DNA from: a candidate division FCPU426 bacterium
Lineage (GTDB): Bacteria; Oederibacteriota; JAAXVQ01; JAUVAV01
Assembly: GCA_030637655.1 (NCBI GenBank)
Contig: DAOWGI010000106.1
Location: forward strand, 1 to 42,603
Direction: 5' to 3'
Length of the DNA: 42,603 nucleotides
This document shows positions 9,621 through 18,593 of this stretch, piece by piece. Numbering within the stretch: the first letter of the stretch is position 1; each line of letters begins with the position of its first letter. Under the pieces are notes generated by a model, which was not told where the DNA came from, made no database searches, and saw only the letters and a program-made list of their open reading frames with translations. The position numbers were made by a program, and so were the translations under genes.

Positions 9621-11903
9621 ATGAAGAAAAATGGATTGCTTGCTTGGATGGTAATTGCACTGTTTTTGGCAGGCTATTCCGGTGTCAAGGCTGAAAACCA
9701 GGAACAGGCAGCACAAAAGCCGGCGACGGAAGAAGCTCTCAGTACAACAGCGGACGTTGTTAGCAAAGATATGGTTGAAGAAGCAACTTTTGTTGAAAAA
9801 AAAGAAGAAATTGCAGAATTTGAAATGGAACAGTTTGTGGTAACCGGCACCAGGTCGGAGCGTGTTTTGTCGGACGTTTCGGTACGTACGGAAGTGATTA
9901 CAAATGAGGAAATACTGGATAAAGGCGCGGTCACTCTATATGAGGCTCTGGACGGGATAGTTGGTGTGCGGGTAGAACAGCAGTGTTCCTACTGTAATTT
10001 TTCCATGATCCGGCTGCAAGGCCTGGAAGGCGATCATGTGCAAATTTTGCTCGACGGCCAGCCGCTTTATTCCGGCTTGGCCGGCGTATACGGCCTGCAT
10101 CAGTTTCCTACTTCGAACATTGAACGGATTGAGATTGTTAAGGGTGCCGGCTCGGCCTTATACGGCAGCAATGCCATTGCCGGTGTTATTAATATCATTA
10201 CCAAGAAACCCCTTAAAAAAGGAGTGGTGGAAATGTCCAGCAGCTTTGGAACATATAATACGAATACCTATTCCTTGTCTGCTTCCACCAGGCTTAATGA
10301 TCAGGCTGATCTATTGATTTTTACGCAAAAGGATTCGGGAGATGAGATAGATGAAAACAATGACAAATTAACCGACCGGGTGCGCACGGATAATATGACA
10401 ACAGGTTTTAACTTGAATTATGCCGGTTTGCTGGGTAAAGACGGTTTAAACCTAAGGGGTAAAATATTAAATGAGAACCGTGTAGGCGGAGACCTTACGG
10501 ACAATATGATTGAGAATGCTTATGCCGAAGGGTCAGAGCATATTACCACAGCCCGGCAGGAATTGAGCATAGGGTATAAAAAAGAGCTGTTTACAGACAG
10601 TGAATTGGGATTAAATCTGGCTTACAGCAGGCATGGTCGGAATGCCACCAACGATACTTTTGTAGGCGATTATCTTGCTACGCATGGCGATCAGTATCCG
10701 GCTTCAGATATGCTTAATCCCTATATTGCAAATGAAACGCAATACGTGGCGGATTTAAACTACGCGCAGATTTTTTCAGGTGCGGGTAAGCACTGCGCAC
10801 AACTTGGTTTGGTTTTTATTAAAAACCGTCTAACAGAATCAGGCATGTATGTGCGTGTTGATGAGACAGAGCCTGCTACTTTGGGTGAATTTTACCGCGC
10901 AAGTAGTGAAAAAACCGCCCAGGACTGGGGCGTTTACTTGCAGGACGAATGGAAGATCATGGATGGGCTCGAGCTGGTGATCGGCGCGCGTTATGATGCG
11001 CACAAATCAGAGGATACCTTTGCCGGCAGCGGCGATGCGGGTCTGGAGGACGTGGAATTGACCTACGAAGAAACTGTGGTCAGTCCCAGAGGCGCTATCA
11101 TGTACAAGCCAACGTCCAATCTGACACTTCGCGCCAGTGTAGGCCAGGGTTTTCGCGTACCTTATACCTTTTCCGAAGATCTGCATCTGTGCAGCGGTTC
11201 ACCCCGGGTATTCAAAGGTCCGGGCTTAAAACCAGAGAAAGCGCTTAGCTATAATCTGGATATTAACTTTACCCAAGGTGCATTTAGGTTGGACGCTACG
11301 GCCTTCCGTACGGATGTTGAAGATAAGATTGACCTGGCAGATGCAGAAGAATTTGCCAACAACAAGGGCTATGATTATGAATGGCAAAATATGGGCAGGG
11401 CCTATACCCAGGGGGTTGAACTGACAGCCGACGTAGTGCTGCTCAAAGATTTCAGTGTAGCCGCGGATTTGGGCTATACGGATGCCCGCTACTCTGATAT
11501 CCGGGAGGATTGGGCTGAGCATCCTGTGCATGGAGACCTGTACGCTGATGACAGCAAACACATCTCGCGTATTCCGGAGATGACCGGCGGTCTTAAGTTG
11601 ACGTGGGCTCCCGGCTATTTCCGGGCCGTGCTGGATGCGGATTATACCGGCCCTATGTATATTGACTATAATGCTGAAGATGATGTGGAGAATCCGAACA
11701 GCGAAATTGTGCATGCCGATGCTTTTATAGTGTTTAATGCCCGTGTCTCTCATACCTTTAGCGAGATTGGTTTGACGCTTTTTGCCGGTGTGAAGAACCT
11801 GCTGGATGAGATTCAGACCGATAAACGTCCGGATGATGCAGCGTTTATGTATAAACCCTATACCGGACGCATTATTTACGGGGGCGCCAAGTTTGCTTTC
11901 TGA
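9621..11903 (+). CDS. TonB-dependent outer-membrane receptor (plug CxxC type, probable metal uptake)
   Basis: Signal peptide; TonB box-like EQFVVTGTR; plug IERIEIVKGAGSALYGSNAIAGVINIITK; QCSYCN motif; C-terminal GAKFAF. Confidence 0.92.
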   Translation: MKKNGLLAWMVIALFLAGYSGVKAENQEQAAQKPATEEALSTTADVVSKDMVEEATFVEKKEEIAEFEMEQFVVTGTRSERVLSDVSVRTEVITNEEILDKGAVTLYEALDGIVGVRVEQQCSYCNFSMIRLQGLEGDHVQILLDGQPLYSGLAGVYGLHQFPTSNIERIEIVKGAGSALYGSNAIAGVINIITKKPLKKGVVEMSSSFGTYNTNTYSLSASTRLNDQADLLIFTQKDSGDEIDENNDKLTDRVRTDNMTTGFNLNYAGLLGKDGLNLRGKILNENRVGGDLTDNMIENAYAEGSEHITTARQELSIGYKKELFTDSELGLNLAYSRHGRNATNDTFVGDYLATHGDQYPASDMLNPYIANETQYVADLNYAQIFSGAGKHCAQLGLVFIKNRLTESGMYVRVDETEPATLGEFYRASSEKTAQDWGVYLQDEWKIMDGLELVIGARYDAHKSEDTFAGSGDAGLEDVELTYEETVVSPRGAIMYKPTSNLTLRASVGQGFRVPYTFSEDLHLCSGSPRVFKGPGLKPEKALSYNLDINFTQGAFRLDATAFRTDVEDKIDLADAEEFANNKGYDYEWQNMGRAYTQGVELTADVVLLKDFSVAADLGYTDARYSDIREDWAEHPVHGDLYADDSKHISRIPEMTGGLKLTWAPGYFRAVLDADYTGPMYIDYNAEDDVENPNSEIVHADAFIVFNARVSHTFSEIGLTLFAGVKNLLDEIQTDKRPDDAAFMYKPYTGRIIYGGAKFAF

Positions 11904-11924
11904 TGCACGCTGAATAATTGTTAG

Positions 11925-11997
11925 GTAGTGACCAGGCATGCCTGGTCACTACAATATCATGCCTGGTCACTACAATATCATGCCTGGTCACTACAAT
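11925..11997. repeat. GTAG-type 28-bp palindrome followed by tandem 21-bp half-site repeats
   Basis: gtagtgaccaggca|tgcctggtcactac (11925-11952). catgcctggtcactacaatat occurs at 11937 and 11958, and partially at 11979. Confidence 0.9.
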
Positions 11998-12026
11998 TAT
12001 TGTGAACCTTACAGAAGGATAAGAAA

Positions 12027-12890
12027 ATGAGTGAACACAACGTAACTGTAAAAATAACGCGATCTTTTTTTATAGGTCTCCTACTGGCAGGTTGGGTGAA
12101 ACCATTGCTACATGCGGAAGAAAATAAAAGCCATCGTTATGAAAAAATGGTTGCAGCCCACAAAACAGCGCGTCACGAGCTTCATTATCCAATAGCAGAT
12201 ACAATGACTTTGGACAAGCTGGTTCGCCACTTGACGGAAATCCAGCAGCAGGTTGAGCTTGAAAAACAAGCCGGCCAGGAAGAACAATCGCGGCTTGAGC
12301 GAATGGAAGCATTGCTGGTAAAAGAGAAAGCACTTCTGAAAAAAGAAATCCGGACCATGGAACAGAATAAACATGCCAATCGTGCCAAGCGGATCAAATG
12401 GCGGGCCGAGCAGGAACGTTATCGTCGGGTCTTGGCTGCCAGTCAGGTCCAGCTTAAACAGGCGGAAGAAGATTTGCTCAAGTGGAAAACAAAATTACCG
12501 TCTTCACTGGCAAAAGAGATGGAAAAAATGTTTGACCAATTAAAAACCGCCGGCAATCGAAGTGTTTCGCAGCGGCTGCAAACCATTACAGGCTTGTATG
12601 CCAAAATTGAATTGTATCAAAAAAGCATTAATACAGCTAAAGAGGTATTGGTTGGGGATGATGGGAAGCAACGGGAATATGCTGTGATTTATCTGGGTTT
12701 GGCCCAGGGGTATTGTGTTTCTGTTGATAACCGGCAAGCCGGCATCGGACGTCCCGGTATAAACGGGTGGCAATGGGAGTGGCGCTCTGATCTGGCAGTG
12801 AAAGTGCGCAAGTGCATTGCATACCATGAGCATCGTCAAATTGCCGATTTTGTTCTATTGCCCGTCAAAGTGGAAAGGGATCTGCCGTGA
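12027..12890 (+). CDS. DUF3450-family (TtpB-like) coiled-coil TonB-system accessory protein
   Basis: Signal peptide, long coiled coil, SQRLQ..., IYLGLAQGYCVS.D..QAG, W.W and terminal VLLPV; sits between the receptor and ExbB. Confidence 0.75.
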   Translation: MSEHNVTVKITRSFFIGLLLAGWVKPLLHAEENKSHRYEKMVAAHKTARHELHYPIADTMTLDKLVRHLTEIQQQVELEKQAGQEEQSRLERMEALLVKEKALLKKEIRTMEQNKHANRAKRIKWRAEQERYRRVLAASQVQLKQAEEDLLKWKTKLPSSLAKEMEKMFDQLKTAGNRSVSQRLQTITGLYAKIELYQKSINTAKEVLVGDDGKQREYAVIYLGLAQGYCVSVDNRQAGIGRPGINGWQWEWRSDLAVKVRKCIAYHEHRQIADFVLLPVKVERDLP

Positions 12891-14275
12891 GAAAGATGTT
12901 GCTTTTATTTTCAATAAGTCTGGTCATGTTGGCCGGGCAGGTCCAGGCAGGGAAGTCCATTGAGCAGGCTATCCTGGCAGTCAAAGAGGAAATTATTTTT
13001 GAGAATCAAAAACTGGCAAGTATTCGCCAAAAAAACAGCGGTCGTCGAGTGGTGATGAGCCAAAAGCTGGAAACACTTGAACAGACATTGATTCCGCTGC
13101 GTCAAAGAAAAGAAATATTAAAAGATGTTTTCTGGACGAAAGAATCCGGCTATGAACAATTAAAAGACCGGATTGGTTTATTGAGTGTAGAAATACATTT
13201 TGCGGTTTCCCTGCTGAATGAATACCGGAAAGACACCATGGCGCGTATGAGCGGCGGCGAAATTAAGCGTTATGCCAATGAGTTCGCCAAAACAGATCGT
13301 TTTTTAAATTTGGACAAGCCGGAAGAAGCCCTGGAAGTCGTTCAGCCATTACTGGAATTGGCAGCGCATAAAAATCGAGAGGCAGCGGGCGGTTTTATTT
13401 ATAAAGGCGAGGCGCTGGATGAAGAAGGTTTTTTGCATAAAGGAACTGTCGTACAGGCAGGACCGGTAGAATATTTTGTTGATGACAAGAGAGAGGTTGC
13501 CGGACTTTTGGGTGTTAAATTAGGGAGCAGTACGCCGGCATTGGTTTATAACGTCAGTCCTGATACGGTTTCAGCTTTAATAAAGGGGAATGAGAAAAAT
13601 ATACCTCTTGATTTTACGCTGGGCGAGGCCTTGAAAGTAAAAAAGAATAAAAAAATCTGGTTTGAACATATACAGGCCGGCGGCATAACTATGCTACCCA
13701 TTTTGGGCCTGGGTCTGTTGTGTTTGATTATGGCAATCTGGAAATTCATGTCATTAATGAAATTGGAAGTTAACGTGGATCGTACAATCAGCAAGGTATT
13801 AAGTTTGTTGCATTCTAAAAAAATCGAAGAAGCAAAAACTGAAGCGGAGAAAATCGGTGCACCGGTAGGGAGAGTACTTTTAGAAGGGATTCATCATCAT
13901 AAGGCATCGCAGGAACATATCGAGGAAATTATGCATGAACAGATTATGAGCCAGATTCCTTATTTGGAAAAAAATCTGTCTATTCTGTCTGTTGCCGCCG
14001 CTGCCGCTCCGCTATTGGGGTTGTTCGGCACGGTTACAGGGATGATCCATACCTTTGACATGGTGGCGGTTTTTGGAACAGGCAAGGTAAATCTGCTTTC
14101 CGGCGGAATCAGTGAGGCGTTAGTAACAACTGAATACGGATTAGTGATAGCTATTCCTGCCTTATTGGTTCATGCCTATCTGGCAAGAAGAGTGAAAACT
14201 ATTATCCATACGCTGGAACAAACATCGATTACGTTTATTAATGGTCTTCACCGAAAGACCGGCAGAAATGCATAA
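12887..14275 (+). CDS. Large MotA/TolQ/ExbB family protein (TtpC-like)
   Basis: Periplasmic coiled coil, then GGITMLPI, APLLGLFGTVTGMIHTF, GGISEALVTTEYGLVIAIP. Confidence 0.88.
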   Translation: MRKMLLLFSISLVMLAGQVQAGKSIEQAILAVKEEIIFENQKLASIRQKNSGRRVVMSQKLETLEQTLIPLRQRKEILKDVFWTKESGYEQLKDRIGLLSVEIHFAVSLLNEYRKDTMARMSGGEIKRYANEFAKTDRFLNLDKPEEALEVVQPLLELAAHKNREAAGGFIYKGEALDEEGFLHKGTVVQAGPVEYFVDDKREVAGLLGVKLGSSTPALVYNVSPDTVSALIKGNEKNIPLDFTLGEALKVKKNKKIWFEHIQAGGITMLPILGLGLLCLIMAIWKFMSLMKLEVNVDRTISKVLSLLHSKKIEEAKTEAEKIGAPVGRVLLEGIHHHKASQEHIEEIMHEQIMSQIPYLEKNLSILSVAAAAAPLLGLFGTVTGMIHTFDMVAVFGTGKVNLLSGGISEALVTTEYGLVIAIPALLVHAYLARRVKTIIHTLEQTSITFINGLHRKTGRNA

Positions 14276-14289
14276 AAGGTTTCGGATGA

Positions 14290-14919
14290 ATGGAAATGAT
14301 TAATATTGTGTCTGATAGCATTAATTACTGGGTAAAAGGCGGAGGGCTGTTGATTCCAATAGCGCTGGTCTGCTATCTTATTTGGTATTATTTTATCCAG
14401 TTGCAGCAATCATTGCAGCGCAAGCTGGATATGCCGGAAGACATTCAACACGAAATAGAAGAACAATTATCCCGGCGCGGGCAATGGGCGGAATTAAAAA
14501 AAAATCTTACCGGTCAATCCTTTTATTTTGGAAGAATTGTATTATATGCCATAGCTAAAGCTGAACAAGGCTGCGAGTTAACAAATGTGTTTAAAGAAGT
14601 GTGGCAAAAGGAAGTAACGCCTCATGATAGGTCATTGGTTATTCTGCAGGCATTGGTTGCCTCTGCGCCTTTGTTGGGGCTATTGGGTACTGTATTTGGC
14701 ATGATCGGGACCTTTGACGCGATTGCCGAACGCTCCAAAGAAACCACTGAATTAATGGCATCCGGTGTCAGTCAAGCCATGATTACGACCCAGTTTGGTT
14801 TGATGGTAGCCATACCGGGATTATTCGGAATTAATGTATTGAAAAAGAAAATGGGGCAATTGCAGCATCATCTGTTGGCATTGCAATTGCATGTTTCTCT
14901 TGCTTTGAAAAGGAGTTGA
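14290..14919 (+). CDS. exbB: MotA/TolQ/ExbB proton channel protein
   Basis: APLLGLLGTVFGMIGTF, GVSQAMITTQFGL. Confidence 0.88.
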   Translation: MEMINIVSDSINYWVKGGGLLIPIALVCYLIWYYFIQLQQSLQRKLDMPEDIQHEIEEQLSRRGQWAELKKNLTGQSFYFGRIVLYAIAKAEQGCELTNVFKEVWQKEVTPHDRSLVILQALVASAPLLGLLGTVFGMIGTFDAIAERSKETTELMASGVSQAMITTQFGLMVAIPGLFGINVLKKKMGQLQHHLLALQLHVSLALKRS

Positions 14920-15323
14920 AGATGAATCGCCGCCAATACTTGAAATCAAATGACACGGTTGACATTAATATATCACCTTTGATTGATATGATGTTTTTAT
15001 TGCTCATATTTTTTATAGTTACCACGGCTTTTGTAGAAGAAATAGGGATAGAAATACAAAAACCAAAAGCGGCCAGCGCTCAAACTCTTGAAAAACAAAG
15101 CATTATGCTGGGTGTTTCACAAAACGGCAGCGTGGTGTATGGGGGCAAAGAAATCGGAATACGTGGTGTTCGCGGCTTGGTATCACGCATGCTCAAAGAA
15201 CAAAACAGACCGGTTATTATCATGGCTGATGAAAGCAGTAAAAGCGGCATTGTGGTTAAGGTTATTGATGAATGCAAATTAGGCGGTGCTAAAATAGTGA
15301 GTATTGCCACGGAGGCCCAATGA
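14916..15323 (+). CDS. exbD: Biopolymer transport protein ExbD
   Basis: INISPLIDMMFLLLIFFIVTT, VIIMADE. Confidence 0.92.
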   Translation: MKMNRRQYLKSNDTVDINISPLIDMMFLLLIFFIVTTAFVEEIGIEIQKPKAASAQTLEKQSIMLGVSQNGSVVYGGKEIGIRGVRGLVSRMLKEQNRPVIIMADESSKSGIVVKVIDECKLGGAKIVSIATEAQ

Positions 15324-15970
15324 GCAAAGTTAGAATATATCAAATTGATCCCGGACCGGTCTGGAGTTGGCGGATGGTGATGTTCAGTTTGATTATTACC
15401 CTGCTTATTTTTATTAGTCTGCCGTTCATGGAATCACTGGTTAAAAAATCAAAGAGGCTGGTGGTCAGGCAGGTGGAAAGTGTTGAAATACAAAAAGCTT
15501 TGCCACACATACCGCCGCCAATTGAAAAGAAAAAAGAACCGTTCAAACCGAGATTAAATCAGGTGCGGCAGCGATTATCACTGATGAAATTAAATGCAGC
15601 GCTTGATCTGCAACCGGGAATCGGCGATTTCGGTTTGAATTTCGGCTTGGACCCCATGTTGGGTGTTGATGAATTCGTGTTTGACATGGCGGAAGTGGAT
15701 CAGGCACCAAAGGTTATTTGTCAGGTAGCGCCGATTTATCCCTTGGCAGCCAAGTATAGAGGGATGGCAGGAAAGGTGGTTATTAAATTTATTGTTCAAA
15801 TCGATGGTTCAGTAAACAACATTCAGATTGAATCAGCCACACCGGCCAACTTGTTTGGACAAGCGGCAATCAACGCTGTTAAAAAATGGCGTTTTAAACC
15901 GGGCAGGCGCAACAACCGGTCTGTGGCCACACGTGTCGAATTACCCTTGGAATTCAAACTGGAGAGGTAA
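15320..15970 (+). CDS. tonB: Energy transducer TonB
   Basis: N-terminal TM, Pro-rich linker, PIYPLAA...GKVVIKFIV..DGSV, AAINAVKKWRFKPG. Confidence 0.9.
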   Translation: MSKVRIYQIDPGPVWSWRMVMFSLIITLLIFISLPFMESLVKKSKRLVVRQVESVEIQKALPHIPPPIEKKKEPFKPRLNQVRQRLSLMKLNAALDLQPGIGDFGLNFGLDPMLGVDEFVFDMAEVDQAPKVICQVAPIYPLAAKYRGMAGKVVIKFIVQIDGSVNNIQIESATPANLFGQAAINAVKKWRFKPGRRNNRSVATRVELPLEFKLER

Positions 15971-15976
15971 GAAAAA

Positions 15977-17284
15977 ATGACAAAAGCGATAATTAAAACA
16001 GGACTGATTGCATTTTCCGTCGTGCTGTCAGGACTGGTTTATGCAGCTGATTATGGCGCAAAAAAAGCAGTAACCAAAGACGAGCCAACCGTATCAGCGG
16101 AAGAAGCCAAGCTGCTTTCGCAGGTGGCCGAAATAACGAAAAAGAGCATGTCCGAAGCAGCGCTCCTGCTGAAACCCGAAATTAAAGCAAACTCAAGCGC
16201 TGCCTTGGATTTTGCCTTAGGCAATATTCGATTTCAACAAAATGAATTCAAAGCAGCTGAAAAAGCTTATCAACGGGCTTTGGTCAAGATGGATTCTTTC
16301 AGGAGAGCTCGTGCCAATTTGGCCAGAGTGCTGGTGCAGCAAGACAGAATTGAGGAAGCGATCATGGAATTGAAATCTCTGTTGTTGGAAGGTACGCCCA
16401 AACCATCAACCCTGACTTTACTGGGGTATACCTATTTGCTGAAGGAAGATGCTGTCGCGGCGGAATCTTCCTATCGTCTAGCCATTATGTATAATCCCAA
16501 AGATGTAAACGCCCAATTGGGATTGGTAAAAGCTTTGTTTGAGCAGGAACGCTATCAGGAGTCAGTCAAGCTACTGGAAAAAGTGATCAGGGATTATCCT
16601 TATCGCGGTGAACTATGGGCATTGCTTGCCAATGGCCGCATGTCATTGGATAACACAGCCGGTGCTGCCAGCGCTTTGGAAAGCGCCAGGCGTTTAAAGG
16701 TGATTTCCAACGAAGGCTTAAGCACCTTGGGTGATCTGCTGCTGAATCGGAATCAACCGAAACAGGCATTAACCGTTTATAAACAGGCTTTTTCTGAAAA
16801 AACAGTTGATATTAATCGTTTGCTCCGGGCCATAGATGGTTTTTTAATGGCCAAAGAAATCACTTATGTAAGCGATTTAATTAAAAAGGCTCAACAATTA
16901 AATGCTGTAAATAAACTGACAGCCGGCCAAGCTAATAAATTGTATTGGCAATTGGCCAGAAAAGCGGATTTGGAAGGTGATAAAAACAAAGCGTTGAAAG
17001 CTTATAAACGAGTGCTGAAAAAAGTTCCGCTGCATGGAAAAGCATTAATGGCCATAGGCGATCTGTATCGAAATGAAAAAGCTTATGAACAGGCTGCCAT
17101 AGCCTATGAACGTGTGGCAAGAATAGGGGCGGATAAAGTGAATGCGCTTATTCGATTGGCACAATTATCGGTAGAGCGCAGCCGTTATCAGGACGCACGG
17201 CATTACCTGGAAGAAGCGCAATCATTGAAGCCGCAAACTTATGTGGCTGATTATCTGGAACAGGTTAAACGTCTGGTCCGGTAA
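15977..17284 (+). CDS. Tetratricopeptide-repeat periplasmic protein (TtpD-like)
   Basis: Signal peptide and multiple TPR units (LG...A...Y..AL); last gene of the TonB operon. Confidence 0.85.
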   Translation: MTKAIIKTGLIAFSVVLSGLVYAADYGAKKAVTKDEPTVSAEEAKLLSQVAEITKKSMSEAALLLKPEIKANSSAALDFALGNIRFQQNEFKAAEKAYQRALVKMDSFRRARANLARVLVQQDRIEEAIMELKSLLLEGTPKPSTLTLLGYTYLLKEDAVAAESSYRLAIMYNPKDVNAQLGLVKALFEQERYQESVKLLEKVIRDYPYRGELWALLANGRMSLDNTAGAASALESARRLKVISNEGLSTLGDLLLNRNQPKQALTVYKQAFSEKTVDINRLLRAIDGFLMAKEITYVSDLIKKAQQLNAVNKLTAGQANKLYWQLARKADLEGDKNKALKAYKRVLKKVPLHGKALMAIGDLYRNEKAYEQAAIAYERVARIGADKVNALIRLAQLSVERSRYQDARHYLEEAQSLKPQTYVADYLEQVKRLVR

Positions 17285-17640
17285 AGAGAAGCCGCCGCCG
17301 GTGCCAGGCACGGGAAAAGGCGTATGCTTTCGCAAAGCGAAAAAGCGTGAGGATTGGCGGCACTCGGCACTATTTTAATCAATCACGCTATCGTGCTAGC
17401 GCGAACACGATGGGCGTCAAGTATGGAGATGAGAGGAAAGATTATATATAATGCATTTTAAGCCCGTCGATGAAGCGAGTTAATATCGCCGTCCTAACCG
17501 GAAAAATTGTTGAAAGGCTAGGACGCTACGCAGCCCCAACCGAATGAAATATATAAAACAGGGATGCTTCGCAAAAGGCGAACATCTCAGGACAAAAATA
17601 CCATAGGTATGAGTCTGTGAATTTTTATCGTTATTTTACC

Positions 17641-17675
17641 GTCTTGACACAAGACTAAATATGGACTATATTTAG
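17641..17675 (+). promoter_or_regulatory. Promoter and autoregulatory operators of the Phd-ParE module
   Basis: TTGACA-N17-TATATT overlapped by palindromes gtcttg-aca-caagac and ctaaatat-ggact-atatttag. Confidence 0.7.
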
Positions 17676-17700
17676 ATATATCAAGAAAACGAGGTGTCGT

Positions 17701-17979
17701 ATGAAATGGTCCAGCCAAATCAAACCAATCAGTTTTTTGAAAGTGCATGCCGCTGAAATTGTCCGTGGTCTGTCCGAACAGGATGAGCCGCTGATTATTA
17801 CGCAAAACGGCGAAGCCAAGGTGGTTATTCAGGATATTGAGAGTTATGAAAAGACGCAGAAATTATTGGCTATGCTGAAGATACTTGCACTTGGGAATAA
17901 GCAGGTGGAAAAGGGAAAGGTCCAGCCGGCTGAACAGGTGATTAAACGCCTGCGTTGTCCAAAAAGAGCGGATAAATGA
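17701..17979 (+). CDS. Type II antitoxin, Phd/YefM family
   Basis: IKPISFLKVHAAEIV...EPLIITQNGEAKVVIQDIESYE. Confidence 0.9.
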   Translation: MKWSSQIKPISFLKVHAAEIVRGLSEQDEPLIITQNGEAKVVIQDIESYEKTQKLLAMLKILALGNKQVEKGKVQPAEQVIKRLRCPKRADK

Positions 17980-18299
17980 AATACCAGGTTTTTCTAACCA
18001 ATGCTGCCGCCTGTGACTTGGAAGAACTTTATCACCACATTCAAGTCCATGATTCAGTAAAAAAAGCTGAGTATGTTTTGGATAAAATTGAGAAAATTAT
18101 CGAAACCTTGTTTCGTATTCCGCAGCGCGGCGTTTATCCCCAAGAACTGGCGGATTTGGGAATTCGGGATTATCGTGAAATATTCTTTAAACCTTATCGT
18201 TTGATCTACCGTGTTATAGACCACCGGGTTTATATATATATGATTGTTGACGGCCGCCGCGATATGCAAGCCTTGCTTGCCAGGCGTCTGCTGGCTTGA
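17976..18299 (+). CDS. Type II toxin, RelE/ParE family
   Basis: V.LT..A..DLEELY.HI, P.RG, YREIFFKPYRLIYRV, IVDGRRDMQ; ATGA overlap with the antitoxin. Confidence 0.9.
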   Translation: MKYQVFLTNAAACDLEELYHHIQVHDSVKKAEYVLDKIEKIIETLFRIPQRGVYPQELADLGIRDYREIFFKPYRLIYRVIDHRVYIYMIVDGRRDMQALLARRLLA

Positions 18300-18593
18300 T
18301 TTCACCACATCCGTCACCCTGGAATGAATTTATCCGGGTTCCAGGGGTGGCCGGTTTCAGCGGAATATCCATACCTTTTTACAAATCCTTTAATAAAGTG
18401 ATTATTAAGTATGAAACACTGGAAAAAGATTGTTTTATAATGATTTTATAGATTTGAACGGAGAGGGAATCCTTTTAGTGAATAAAACCGTCACTGTCCA
18501 GCACAAATAATTCATTGGAAAACCTAAATAAAACTTGAAAAATGCTAAAAATATGCAATAATAGCGATCAAATTAATACCAGGAGACAATTAA

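Noticed and set aside
11226-11939. Long antisense/alternative-frame ORFs (e.g. 11226-11939, 1075-1557, 25779-26255, 28694-29104, 34103-34624)
   Set aside because: Shadows of well-supported genes with no recognisable motifs.
17430-17445. RNase P RNA (gaggaaag)
   Set aside because: Not followed by TCC, and no other conserved RNase P segments are seen.
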